DNA of 51,040 nucleotides, taken from contig RFHI01000259.1 in assembly GCA_003696425.1 (NCBI GenBank), forward strand, positions 1-51,040, written 5' to 3'. This document shows, in pieces, positions 10,211-19,659 of this stretch. The DNA is from Candidatus Dadabacteria bacterium (lineage in GTDB: Bacteria > Bdellovibrionota_C > UBA2361 > J046). Numbering within the stretch: the stretch's first letter is position 1; each line of letters opens with the position of its first letter. The notes beneath the pieces were generated by a model, which did not search any database, was not told the origin of the DNA, and saw only the letters and a program-made list of their open reading frames with translations. Made by a program: the position numbers and the translations under genes.

Positions 10211-10220
10211 AATTTACAGC

Positions 10221-10472
10221 TGGCCAGTGAGCTTTAATTTACACCTGGCTTACGCCGGGCGTACTCATCCCCTTATTAGCGAAAACAATGTGCGCCTGAC
10301 CACTGTCTAACGAGTAAACACCCCATACGATTAAACCAGCTGCTTCTTATATCCGAACTTAGCTGCTTTGACGTTGCTACCCCAGCCCGGCGTCTTGACT
10401 CCTCCCTCTGTGCTTATATTTCTGCGAATTTACCCGCGCTAACATAGAACCAGGCAAGCCTGACGGCCACTT
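10221..10472 (-). ncRNA. Candidate structured non-coding RNA, family unassigned
   Basis: Nested helices found by hand, including a perfect 9-bp long-range stem 10385-10393/10252-10260. Several 6-9 bp stems need G-U pairs that exist only on the minus strand. No ORF in the track; TAAAAT upstream; hairpin downstream. Confidence 0.55.
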
Positions 10473-10649
10473 CTACGGATTTTATTCTCTACAGCTATCG
10501 GGTTGATTGTATGACGCCTTATGAGTTGTTAGATATGTTAATTTTATGTAGGGAGTGGCAACTGAATATATTTAATTACTTCCATCAATTAGTGGGCTAA
10601 CCTGATTTTTTTGTTGATAGTTTTAAAAGGGGCACGATATAAGAACGGT

Positions 10650-11339
10650 ATGGATATTCCCACAGACAACCAGAACGTAGCGGTTACTTCCTCTGATACG
10701 CCTGCCTCAGATTCAGGTGGAAGTGATATTAATATAGGTGTAGTACTGAAAGAGTCATGGAGACTTACTTCAGGAGTGAAGGGCAAGTTTATTGGCGCTG
10801 TTGTTGTTGCTGTGGCAATTACTCTTGTGCTTGAAGCCCTGCTGGGTATTGCAAGTAATTATGCAGGGGGAATAGTAGCGGTAATAGCAGTTTTTATATA
10901 TGTGGGCATCACGGCTGTCTTTATGACCGGTATTATGGTTATGGGAATTAAAAGGGCCAGTGGTCAAGAGATTGTTGTTAATGACGTTTTTGCATTTTTC
11001 CCGAAGTTCCTGAAGCTGCTCTTTACCTATGTTGCAGTGGCAGTGCTGGTAATGGTGGGGACGGTTCTTCTGGTGCTTCCAGGGATTTATCTGGCAGTGG
11101 CATATATATTTGCTTTGCCGCTGGTTGCCCTTGAGGATCTGGGGATCTGGGAAGCTCTGGAAAAATCCCGTAAAAAAGTGACCACCTACTGGTTCAGCTA
11201 TTTTGGCTGGTCTTTTGTGATTATGATTATTTTGTGGCTAAGCGCACTGCCGCTTGGAATTGGTCTTATCTGGACTTTACCGATGGCCTGTATAGGGTAC
11301 GGAATTCTTTACCGTAATGCTTTTTCTGGTCGCGGCTAG
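10650..11339 (+). CDS. Integral membrane protein (DUF975/UPF0259-like)
   Basis: About 4-6 TM segments; LLVLPGIYLAVAY and WEALEKSRK motifs. ATG 10650 is preferred over TTG 10611. Confidence 0.7.
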   Translation: MDIPTDNQNVAVTSSDTPASDSGGSDINIGVVLKESWRLTSGVKGKFIGAVVVAVAITLVLEALLGIASNYAGGIVAVIAVFIYVGITAVFMTGIMVMGIKRASGQEIVVNDVFAFFPKFLKLLFTYVAVAVLVMVGTVLLVLPGIYLAVAYIFALPLVALEDLGIWEALEKSRKKVTTYWFSYFGWSFVIMIILWLSALPLGIGLIWTLPMACIGYGILYRNAFSGRG

Positions 11340-11357
11340 CACGATATTTTTTGTTTT

Positions 11358-13307
11358 TTACTGTTCCTGTAGTTCCGGTATGTCTTTAAAAAGCTCAAGT
11401 GCCTCAGGGTTTGCAAGCGCTTCTATATTTTTAACCTGACGGTTATGGACTATATCCCTTACAGCCAGCTCTACAGTTTTACCGCTTCTGGTACGCGGAA
11501 TATCAGTGACCTGAATAATCTTTTTTGGCACATGAAAAGGTGATGCACCACTTCGTATTGTAGCTTTTATCCGATCTGTTAGAGCCTGGTCTAACTTAAT
11601 ACCAGGCTTTAGCACGACAAAAAGCACCACACGTACATCGCCATCCCACTCCTGCCCGATTACAACGCTATCAGTAACTTCAGGAATTTTCTCTACCTGG
11701 CGGTATATCTCTGCTGTGCCGATTCTAACACCGCCCGGATTAAGAACAGCATCAGAGCGGCCATAAATAATCATCCCTCCACTCTCTTTTAATTCAACGT
11801 AATCGCCGTGATGCCAGACACCGGGAAAGCGCTCAAAGTAGGCCCTCCTGTAACGCTTATTATCGGGGTCATTCCAGAATCCGATTGGCATGGAGGGGAA
11901 AGGGGCCGTGCAGACCAGCTCCCCTTTTTCACCTACTACGGGTTTGCCCTGTTCATTATATACTTCAACTTTGTATCCCAGACTGCGGGTCTGAAGCTCG
12001 CCCCGGATAACCGGAATAAGCGGACACCCCAGCGCAAAGCAGCCGATTATGTCAGTGCCTCCGGAAATTGAGGAAAGCCTTACCCCGGGATTTATTTTCT
12101 CATAAACAAAATCAAAGTTTTCCGGAAGAAGCGGCGAGCCGGTTGAGAGCATGGTTTTGATTGAGTTTAAATCAAATTCCTCTGCCGGAACCAGGCCGGA
12201 CTTTTCTACAGTTGAAAGAAATTTGGGGTTTGTCCCGAAGACAGTTATCTTTTCTTCTTCAGCAATTTCGAAGAGAATCCTGTTATTTTTGTGTAGAGGT
12301 GAACCGTCATAAAGCACAACTGTTGCACCGACAGCCAGACTCGAGACCAGCCAGTTCCACATCATCCATCCACAGGTAGTCTGGTAAAAGATACGGTCAT
12401 CAGACTTAAGATCAGTGTGAAGTGATAATTCTTTTAAATGTTCAATAAGTGTTCCGACGGCACTGTGTACTATGCATTTAGGTTTGCCGGTTGTGCCGGA
12501 GGAGAACATGATATAGAGCGGGTGAGAGCCGGGCAGCTGCTCAAAATTTATCCCTGCTTCATTAAATCCAGCAATAAAGTTATCCCAATAGACAGCGTTG
12601 GGTATATCCTGCAAGGAAAAATTTTCACGCGTATAGGGGAACACGACTGTTTTCTGAACAGATGGAATTTGTGCGGAGATTTCTTTTAGTTTTTTAAGTG
12701 AATCAATCTGTTTGTCTTTAAAAAAGTATCCATCAGCAGAAAAAAGTATACGCGGCTCAATCTGGCCAAAGCGATCAAGCACACCAGCAACACCGAAATC
12801 AGGTGAGCAGGAGGACCAGATCGCTCCAAGCGAAACAGTGGCAAGCATGGCTATTACTGCTTCAGGTGTGTTTGGTACAAACCCGGCTATTCGATCCCCG
12901 GCTTTTATTCCTTCTGCACGGAGAGCAGCAGAAAGTTTACTTACTGCCTGATAGAGTTCGCTGTAAGTAAGAGTGCAACGTATTCGATCCTGTCCCCGAA
13001 AAACAATTGCTGGGTGGTCATCGCGGCGGGCCAGGAGGTTTTCAGCAAAATTAAGCCTTGCTCCCGGAAACCATTTAGCTCCCGGCATCTTATCAGGATG
13101 ATCCAGGATTCTGTCAGGCTCCTTTGAACAGCGGATGTTAAAGAATTTCCAGAGCGCCTCCCAGAATGTACGTGCTTCACTTATACTCCATTCATAAAAG
13201 CATCTGTAATCACTCTCTGGTGCGCCGAAATGCTCTGCTGCAAAAGCTATAAAACGGGTAAGGTTTGCACCTTCCTTAATACTCTTATCAGGGGTCCAGA
13301 GAATCAT
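11358..13307 (-). CDS. Acetoacetate--CoA ligase
   Basis: WFPGARLNFAENLL, SSCSPDFG, SSGTTGKPKCIVH, TTCGWMMWNW, SISGGTDI, GRSDAVLNPGGVRIGTAEIY. Confidence 0.95.
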   Translation of the reverse strand: MILWTPDKSIKEGANLTRFIAFAAEHFGAPESDYRCFYEWSISEARTFWEALWKFFNIRCSKEPDRILDHPDKMPGAKWFPGARLNFAENLLARRDDHPAIVFRGQDRIRCTLTYSELYQAVSKLSAALRAEGIKAGDRIAGFVPNTPEAVIAMLATVSLGAIWSSCSPDFGVAGVLDRFGQIEPRILFSADGYFFKDKQIDSLKKLKEISAQIPSVQKTVVFPYTRENFSLQDIPNAVYWDNFIAGFNEAGINFEQLPGSHPLYIMFSSGTTGKPKCIVHSAVGTLIEHLKELSLHTDLKSDDRIFYQTTCGWMMWNWLVSSLAVGATVVLYDGSPLHKNNRILFEIAEEEKITVFGTNPKFLSTVEKSGLVPAEEFDLNSIKTMLSTGSPLLPENFDFVYEKINPGVRLSSISGGTDIIGCFALGCPLIPVIRGELQTRSLGYKVEVYNEQGKPVVGEKGELVCTAPFPSMPIGFWNDPDNKRYRRAYFERFPGVWHHGDYVELKESGGMIIYGRSDAVLNPGGVRIGTAEIYRQVEKIPEVTDSVVIGQEWDGDVRVVLFVVLKPGIKLDQALTDRIKATIRSGASPFHVPKKIIQVTDIPRTRSGKTVELAVRDIVHNRQVKNIEALANPEALELFKDIPELQEQ

Positions 13308-13563
13308 ATGCTCTACAAGCTAATAGAATGTTTTTGGAGAGACGGGCTTAAGGTTAGCAGAAGCATGAGCTTAACTTCAAACTGTACCTGATTAACCCAA
13401 TCTGCTTATGCAGCCGCAAGCCGGCGAGAACCACGAAATTAGAGACGCTGTTTTATTTATTTTGGCAGTATAGTTTCTTTTTATAATTTGCATAGGTTTA
13501 AAAGTATGCTTTTTTACGGTATGAAATTTGAGTGTGATTTAGGCTGATACATATTAGTAAATT

Positions 13564-14211
13564 ATGGCGCGTAAAGTTTCTGGTATAGTGATTTTTGTTG
13601 TGGTCGTTACAGGTTTTATTGGACTTTTAATGGTCGCATATCCGCTTAAAGCTGATCAGTCTTCCAGCTATAACAAAATTGGCAAGAGAGCCGGAGTTTA
13701 TAATGACGGCCAGGCAGCACTCTGGGATCTAAATATTCTCGATCACTTTCACTACTTTGGGCCTGAAGCGCGTGCCCGCGGTTACCGGCCTGAGCAGCCA
13801 ATTAAGTTCAGTCACGTAACCCATGTTCAAAAAAATAAAATTGAGTGCCAGTTCTGTCACTGGTCGGTAACAAAGTCTCCCTATGCGACAATACCTGAAG
13901 TAGAAGTCTGTATGGGCTGCCACAAGATGGTAAAGGGTACAAGCGATCAGCAGAAAACTGAGATTGCTAAAGTCGAAAAATACTATAACGAAGGAAAAGC
14001 AATTCCCTGGCAGAAGGTTCACGTAATGCCTGATTATGTTCATTTTAATCATAAGAGGCATATTAAGGCCGGGATGGGCTGTCAGGAGTGTCACGGACAG
14101 ATTCCTGAGATGCCTGTGGTGGAGAGAGTCTCATCGATGAAGATGGGCTGGTGCGTGTCGTGTCACAGACATGAGGGCACAAGCATTGATTGCGCAACCT
14201 GCCATTATTAA
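13564..14211 (+). CDS. actA: Alternative complex III subunit A, membrane-anchored pentaheme cytochrome c
   Basis: N-terminal TM; PEQPIKFSH; five CxxCH motifs (CQFCH, CMGCH, CQECH, CVSCH, CATCH); PDYVHFNHKRH. Confidence 0.93.
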   Translation: MARKVSGIVIFVVVVTGFIGLLMVAYPLKADQSSSYNKIGKRAGVYNDGQAALWDLNILDHFHYFGPEARARGYRPEQPIKFSHVTHVQKNKIECQFCHWSVTKSPYATIPEVEVCMGCHKMVKGTSDQQKTEIAKVEKYYNEGKAIPWQKVHVMPDYVHFNHKRHIKAGMGCQECHGQIPEMPVVERVSSMKMGWCVSCHRHEGTSIDCATCHY

Positions 14212-14255
14212 AAAGGGAATATTAATACGGGTTTTCTAAGAGACTGTTAAGAGTA

Positions 14256-17252
14256 ATGGAAAGTAAACTGGTAAAAATCAACAAACGCAGGAAAGCCGAA
14301 AAAAAAGAGGGGATTTCAAGGCGTAGCTTTATTAAATCGCTTGGGGCGGCCGGAGCTGCTGGTATAGCGGGTTGCGCTGATAACCCTGCACAGAAAATCC
14401 TGCCCTTTGTTAAAGGGGATACTACACAGATCCCGGGTGTTGCGGTCTGGTACAGTTCGACCTGTAAGGAATGCAGTGCAGGTTGTGGCATTCAGGTCAG
14501 AACGCGTGAGGGGCGTGCAGTTAAGATTGAGGGTAACAGGGAAAATCCTGTAAATCGTGGTGGCCTCTGTGCACTCGGCCAGGCAGCACTTCAGAGTCTT
14601 TACGATCCTGATCGCATCAGGGAGCCGCTTAAAAAGGTCAGTGAAGGTGGCCGCGAGATTTTTAAACCAATCTCCTGGGAGGACGCATTTTCTGAAGTTG
14701 CTGAAGCCCTGAAAGAAGAGGGTTATAAAGCTTTTCTTGCAGGTGAGCTGACAGGCACTGTGGCGGATCTCTGGGACAGCTGGTGTCAGGACCATGATAT
14801 TCAACAGGCTGTTTACGATCCGATGCAGCCGGTTGATCTTGCAAGAGCTTCTGAGCTTACCTTTGGCCACTATGGAATTCCCAAATACAATTTTGAAAAG
14901 GCCGAGGTAATAGTAAGCTTTGGTGCAGATTTTTTGGAAACATGGATCTCGCCTGTTGAGTATGCCCGCGGTTGGGCCGCTGGAAGAAAACCTGGTAATG
15001 TTTCACGGGTAATTCATATTGAACCAAGACTCTCTCTTACTGCAGCCAATGCAGATAAGTGGATCAGATCAAAGCCTGGAAGCGAAACAGCTGTGGCGCT
15101 GGCTGTTTTAAAACTTTTAGTAGAGAGAGGAAACGGCAAGAATTTAAGTGAGTCCGTAATAAACAGGCTTAAAAAGCTTGTTTCAAAAGTCAATATCGAA
15201 GAGGTGGCATATGTCAGCGGCATTAAAAGGTCTACAGTACTTTTAATAGCTGACTATCTCCATCAGGCTCGTAGTTCACTGGTGCTGGCAGGAGGTCCTG
15301 CAGCTTCAAAAGAGAGGCCGCTAGGGCTTTTTGTTGCAGTTAATTTTATCAATATGGTCCTTAAGAACGTTGGCAGGACTGTTGATATCAGCCGGATGAG
15401 AAAGCCGCGAACGTCAGTTAGAAAAGTATCAGAGCTTGTGGCTGCAATGGATAAAGCCAAGGTTAAGACTCTCTTGGTTTATGCTACCAACCCCGCCTTC
15501 TCTTTGCCACAGAGCTATAATTTCCGCTACGCAGCTAAAAAAGTTTCTAAGATTATCAGTTTCGCAAGCCATATGGATGAGACTGCAAAACTGGCGGATA
15601 TTATTCTGCCTGCGCATCACTCACTTGAGGAGTGGGGTGATGCTCATCCCTTTAATGGTGTTTATGGGCTGACGCAGCCCGTTATGCGACCTGTCTTTAA
15701 TACCCGTTCCTTTGGGGATATGCTGATTACGCTTTCTGAGAAAAGCGGGAATAAAAAGGCTGCTTACGGTGCTGCAAATTTTGAAGAGTATTTAAAAAAT
15801 GCATGGAAGAAAATTCATGTTACCTCGGGAAGTGCGGAGAGTTTTAAGTCTTTCTGGCTTAAGGCTGTAGAGAGAGGTGGATACTTTGAAGATCTTGAAA
15901 AACACATTCCCGTAAGAGTTTCAGTAAAAGATGAGGCTTATACTGTTGTAGCTGAGAGTTTTAAAGAACCGGAGCATGATCACGGGTTAATGTTGTATGC
16001 GTATCCTTCGGTTCGTTCATTTGACGGGCGTGCAGCTAACAGACCCTGGCTGCAGGAGCTTCCCGATCCGGTAACAAAGATTGTCTGGGACAGCTGGGCT
16101 GAAATTCATCCTGAAACTGCCGGGAAAGCCGGCATTAAAAATGGGGATCTTGTGGCAGTAAGAAATAAATACGGCGATCTCAAGCTGGCTGCCTATATAA
16201 CGGAAAATGTAGATCAGGGCATTGTCGCCGTTCCGCTCGGGCAGGGTCATACAGAATACGGTCGTTATGCGCGGCTTGTTAAGGGCGGTAATGTTTATGA
16301 TCTGCTTCAAACAGGAGAGGATTCCGATGGGGTCGTTCTGCTTGGCTCTCATGTTGAAATTAAACGTCTGCCAGGGCGTCCAAAGCTGGTTAATACCCAG
16401 GGTAGCGATTCGCAGCACGGTCGTGGACTTGCCCGTACAGCTATAGTGGCGGCCACAGCAGCTTCGCACTCAAATGGACACAATGGCGGTCATCACGCCC
16501 ATCAGGAAGGTCACCATGAAATTAAGCAGATGTATGTACAGAGAGAACATCCTGTATATGAATGGGGTATGGTGGTAGATCTCGCTGCTTGTACCGGGTG
16601 TTCTGCCTGTGTAGTTGCCTGTTACGCTGAAAATAATATCGCTGTTGTCGGAAAAGACGTTTGCTGGCAGGGACGTGAGATGTCCTGGCTGAGAATTGAC
16701 CGTTATTATGAGAAAAAGGGTGAGGAGCTGCGGGTAAGTTTTCAGCCGATGATGTGTCAGCACTGTAACAATGCTCCCTGCGAACCGGTTTGTCCGGTTT
16801 ATGCAACCTATCATAATGAGGACGGGTTGAATGTGATGGTTTATAACCGTTGTGTTGGTACGCGTTATTGCTCAAATAACTGTACCTATAAAGTACGGCG
16901 ATATAACTGGTATGAATTTAAACTTCCTGAGCCACTTAACTGGCAGGTTAACCCGGATGTCACCAAGCGTACTGCCGGAGTGATGGAAAAATGCACTTTT
17001 TGCATACAGCGTATAAATGAAGCTAAAGATATCGCAAAAGATCAGGGCCGGCTTGTTGAGGACGGTGAGATTCAGCCCGCCTGTGTACAGAGCTGCCCGA
17101 CAGAGGCGCTGGTGTTTGGGAATCTTAAAGACCCAAATAGTCGTGTAAGCAGGCTGGCGAAGTCAGGACGAGGCTACAAGGTGCTAGATCATCACATTAA
17201 TACACAACCTTCGGTTACATATCTTGAGGATTTAAAGTGGGAGATAACTTAA
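14256..17252 (+). CDS. actB: Alternative complex III subunit B (molybdopterin-oxidoreductase-like domain fused to Fe-S domain)
   Basis: Tat signal SRRSFIK with lipobox-like IAGC; YDPDR; NRPWLQELPDP; Cys clusters CTGCSAC, CQHCNNAPC, CVGTRYC, CTFC...CVQSCP. Confidence 0.93.
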   Translation: MESKLVKINKRRKAEKKEGISRRSFIKSLGAAGAAGIAGCADNPAQKILPFVKGDTTQIPGVAVWYSSTCKECSAGCGIQVRTREGRAVKIEGNRENPVNRGGLCALGQAALQSLYDPDRIREPLKKVSEGGREIFKPISWEDAFSEVAEALKEEGYKAFLAGELTGTVADLWDSWCQDHDIQQAVYDPMQPVDLARASELTFGHYGIPKYNFEKAEVIVSFGADFLETWISPVEYARGWAAGRKPGNVSRVIHIEPRLSLTAANADKWIRSKPGSETAVALAVLKLLVERGNGKNLSESVINRLKKLVSKVNIEEVAYVSGIKRSTVLLIADYLHQARSSLVLAGGPAASKERPLGLFVAVNFINMVLKNVGRTVDISRMRKPRTSVRKVSELVAAMDKAKVKTLLVYATNPAFSLPQSYNFRYAAKKVSKIISFASHMDETAKLADIILPAHHSLEEWGDAHPFNGVYGLTQPVMRPVFNTRSFGDMLITLSEKSGNKKAAYGAANFEEYLKNAWKKIHVTSGSAESFKSFWLKAVERGGYFEDLEKHIPVRVSVKDEAYTVVAESFKEPEHDHGLMLYAYPSVRSFDGRAANRPWLQELPDPVTKIVWDSWAEIHPETAGKAGIKNGDLVAVRNKYGDLKLAAYITENVDQGIVAVPLGQGHTEYGRYARLVKGGNVYDLLQTGEDSDGVVLLGSHVEIKRLPGRPKLVNTQGSDSQHGRGLARTAIVAATAASHSNGHNGGHHAHQEGHHEIKQMYVQREHPVYEWGMVVDLAACTGCSACVVACYAENNIAVVGKDVCWQGREMSWLRIDRYYEKKGEELRVSFQPMMCQHCNNAPCEPVCPVYATYHNEDGLNVMVYNRCVGTRYCSNNCTYKVRRYNWYEFKLPEPLNWQVNPDVTKRTAGVMEKCTFCIQRINEAKDIAKDQGRLVEDGEIQPACVQSCPTEALVFGNLKDPNSRVSRLAKSGRGYKVLDHHINTQPSVTYLEDLKWEIT

Positions 17253-17258
17253 GGCGCT

Positions 17259-18611
17259 ATGGGAGAGGCAGCAAAAAAAGAGATAGGCTATAAGGACGTA
17301 AACGATCAGGTTTTGCGTATGCTGGAGCCGCCCGGAGCGGGCTGGTATATTCAGCTGTTTATCTGCGTTGCGCTGGTGATTGTTGGGTTTTTCTGTTGGA
17401 CCAGGCAGCTTCTGTTTGGAATGGGAATGGCTGGTATTGCCCATCCGATTATGTGGGGGGTGTATATTACTAACTTTGTATTCTGGGTTGGTATTGCGCA
17501 TTCAGGTACGCTGATTTCAGCAGTACTTTATCTTTTCCGAGCAAAGTTCCGCCAGCCGATTTACAGACTGGCAGAGGCAATGACAGTTTTCGCTGTAATG
17601 ACTGCCGGGCTTTTTCCGATAATTCACGTTGGCCGTCCGTGGTTTGCATACTGGCTTATGCCGTATCCGAATGAACGTGCACTGTGGCCAAACTTCAGGT
17701 CACCGCTGGTCTGGGATGTCTTTGCGATTTCAACTTATTTTACCGTTTCAGCGGTGTTTTTCATAGTGGGCCTTATTCCCGACATTGCTGCTGCACGTGA
17801 TCGCGCTAAAACTTTTTTCAGGAAGATGCTTTACTCGATCACATCCGTGGGCTGGACCGGAAGCCACTCAAACTGGCGCCATTACATGGCCGGGTACCTG
17901 CTTTTTGCAGCATTTGCAACGCCGCTGGTGGTTTCAGTACACAGTGTAGTGTCGTGGGACTTTGCTATGGGTAATGTGCCTGGCTGGCATGCCACTATAT
18001 TTCCGCCTTACTTTGTGGCTGGTGCAATTTTTTCGGGGGTTGCAATGGTGTTGACGCTTATTATCCCCTTAAGGCGGGTTTTTAAGCTGCACGATCTTAT
18101 TCGCCCCGAGCACTTTGATGCTATGAGTAAGCTTATAATGCTCACAAGCGGGATAGTTACTTATTCTTATCTGACGGAGTTCTATACGGCCTGGTTTAGT
18201 AATAACATCTTTGAGCGTTACCAGTTCTGGTTCAGGCCCTTTGGAGAATTTAAGGCTGCATTTTGGGGGATGGCCTTCTGTAACTGTATTGCGCCGCTTA
18301 GCCTCTGGATAAAACCGCTCAGGACCAACATTACGCACCTATTTATTCTCTCTATTATTATAAATATTGGTATGTGGCTTGAGCGCTTTAATATTATTTT
18401 CACTTCGCTTGCGCGCGAGTTCGTTCCTGCTGCCTGGGGAGGGTATAACTTTTCCTGGGTGGAGTTTGGAATAACTATAGGTGCTTTTGGCTGGTTTGGA
18501 ATGTGGATGACGCTTTTTATTAAGTTTTTTCCGGCAGTGGCAATTACTGAAATTAAGGAGGTTATGCCTGTTCCGATGAGGAACCCGGAAGCTGCCGGGC
18601 AGCATCATTAA
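17259..18611 (+). CDS. actC: Alternative complex III subunit C (NrfD/PsrC family quinol-binding subunit)
   Basis: ITNFVFWVGIAHSGTLISA, AEAMT, HVGRPW, NFRSPLVWDVFAISTY, SVHSVVSWDF, PPYFVAGAIFSG. Confidence 0.95.
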   Translation: MGEAAKKEIGYKDVNDQVLRMLEPPGAGWYIQLFICVALVIVGFFCWTRQLLFGMGMAGIAHPIMWGVYITNFVFWVGIAHSGTLISAVLYLFRAKFRQPIYRLAEAMTVFAVMTAGLFPIIHVGRPWFAYWLMPYPNERALWPNFRSPLVWDVFAISTYFTVSAVFFIVGLIPDIAAARDRAKTFFRKMLYSITSVGWTGSHSNWRHYMAGYLLFAAFATPLVVSVHSVVSWDFAMGNVPGWHATIFPPYFVAGAIFSGVAMVLTLIIPLRRVFKLHDLIRPEHFDAMSKLIMLTSGIVTYSYLTEFYTAWFSNNIFERYQFWFRPFGEFKAAFWGMAFCNCIAPLSLWIKPLRTNITHLFILSIIINIGMWLERFNIIFTSLAREFVPAAWGGYNFSWVEFGITIGAFGWFGMWMTLFIKFFPAVAITEIKEVMPVPMRNPEAAGQHH

Positions 18612-18630
18612 GGACTCATTGAGGAGAGTG

Positions 18631-19143
18631 ATGAAAGGCGAGAAAGCAGTTGTAGGTGTTTTTACATATATGGACGATCTGCTTACTGCGATCGAAAAAG
18701 TGAAAGCTGAGAAAAGGGATTTCCGGGTGTATTCCCCCTTTGCGCACCACCTGATTGAGCATGCAACTTCTCCGGGAAGAAGTCCGGTGAGATTTGTAAA
18801 TGGTACGGGAGCAATGCTGGGGTTAATTGCTGGCTTCGCTCTGGCAATCTGGTGTGCAATGGACTGGCCGCTAAGAGTAAGTGCCAAGGATGTGGTCTCT
18901 ATCCCCGGCTTTGTAGTTATCGGTTATGAGTGTACAATTTTGATAGGCTCGCTGGCGATTCTCGCTGCAATTTTTCATTTTTGCCGTCTTCCGAATATCC
19001 TGCGCAAAGTCGGCTATGACCCCAGGTTCTCTGATGATAAATTTGGTCTTGTGGTTGGATGCAGCAGTGGTGAAGTTGATAAGGTCGAGGCTTCACTAAA
19101 GGATGCCGGTGCTGATGAAGTTGAGGTGCGCGATGGACTTTAG
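18631..19143 (+). CDS. actD: Alternative complex III subunit D (DUF3341)
   Basis: YSPF, DWPL, YECTIL, YDPRFSDDKF motifs; two TMs; operon position. Confidence 0.9.
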   Translation: MKGEKAVVGVFTYMDDLLTAIEKVKAEKRDFRVYSPFAHHLIEHATSPGRSPVRFVNGTGAMLGLIAGFALAIWCAMDWPLRVSAKDVVSIPGFVVIGYECTILIGSLAILAAIFHFCRLPNILRKVGYDPRFSDDKFGLVVGCSSGEVDKVEASLKDAGADEVEVRDGL

Positions 19144-19645
19144 GACGGTAAAACAATGGGCGCTGCTGACAGCGTTATTGACGATTATACCTTATAATGC
19201 AGCTCAGGCTCTGCCGTTTAATGATGATATGGTAGATTCCCAGCTTAGAACCGGTTCAATTATGCGGCCCAAGGCCGCCGATAGCGTCCCGCTTGGTTCG
19301 CTCGCGTTTAGAATTGAGAAAAAAGAGGATGCTTTTGATTTAATTAATCCCCAAAAAAGAGATGCTGCTTCTGTCGCACGCGGAAAGCGGCTCTTTGCGG
19401 TCAACTGTTTTCCATGTCACGGCAATATAGAAGCCAAGGAGTATAAGGGTGGCCCGGTATCAGCCAAGTTTATGGTTCCCCCTGATATCTCCGGTGCATA
19501 TTACAAAAATAAAAGTGACGGATATATTTTCGGTACAATCAGATTCGGTGGGCTGGCTGTTATGCCGGCTCTTGGCTGGAAGCTCTCTCAGTCGGAGACC
19601 TGGGATATAGTGAATTATATTAGAAGTGTTCAGGATTCTAAGTAA
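19133..19645 (+). CDS. actE: Alternative complex III subunit E, monoheme cytochrome c
   Basis: Signal peptide; single CFPCH; DGYIF...MP...WDIVNYIR. ATG 19133 overlaps the end of actD. Confidence 0.88.
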   Translation: MDFRTVKQWALLTALLTIIPYNAAQALPFNDDMVDSQLRTGSIMRPKAADSVPLGSLAFRIEKKEDAFDLINPQKRDAASVARGKRLFAVNCFPCHGNIEAKEYKGGPVSAKFMVPPDISGAYYKNKSDGYIFGTIRFGGLAVMPALGWKLSQSETWDIVNYIRSVQDSK

Positions 19646-19659
19646 GGAGATAAGGGTAA

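Noticed and set aside
10240-10262. Cobalamin riboswitch B12-box (AAGCCAGG)
   Set aside because: No following AGACC, no GGGAA/ACUG core and no downstream gene on that strand.
10337-10365. SRP RNA (minus strand AAGUUCGGAUAUAAGAAGCAGC resembles CAGGUCCGGAAGGAAGCAGC)
   Set aside because: No CAGG side of the symmetric loop and no GNRA tetraloop; kept only as part of the unassigned RNA.
13308-13563. FNR/CRP/sigma54 sites upstream of actA
   Set aside because: Only half-sites; TTGGCA...TATAAT spacing is 14 nt; no GG-N10-GC match.
14256-17252. Stand-alone molybdoenzyme (Psr/Dms-type)
   Set aside because: Fusion to the Fe-S domain and the actA/C/D/E/F context identify it as ACIII ActB.
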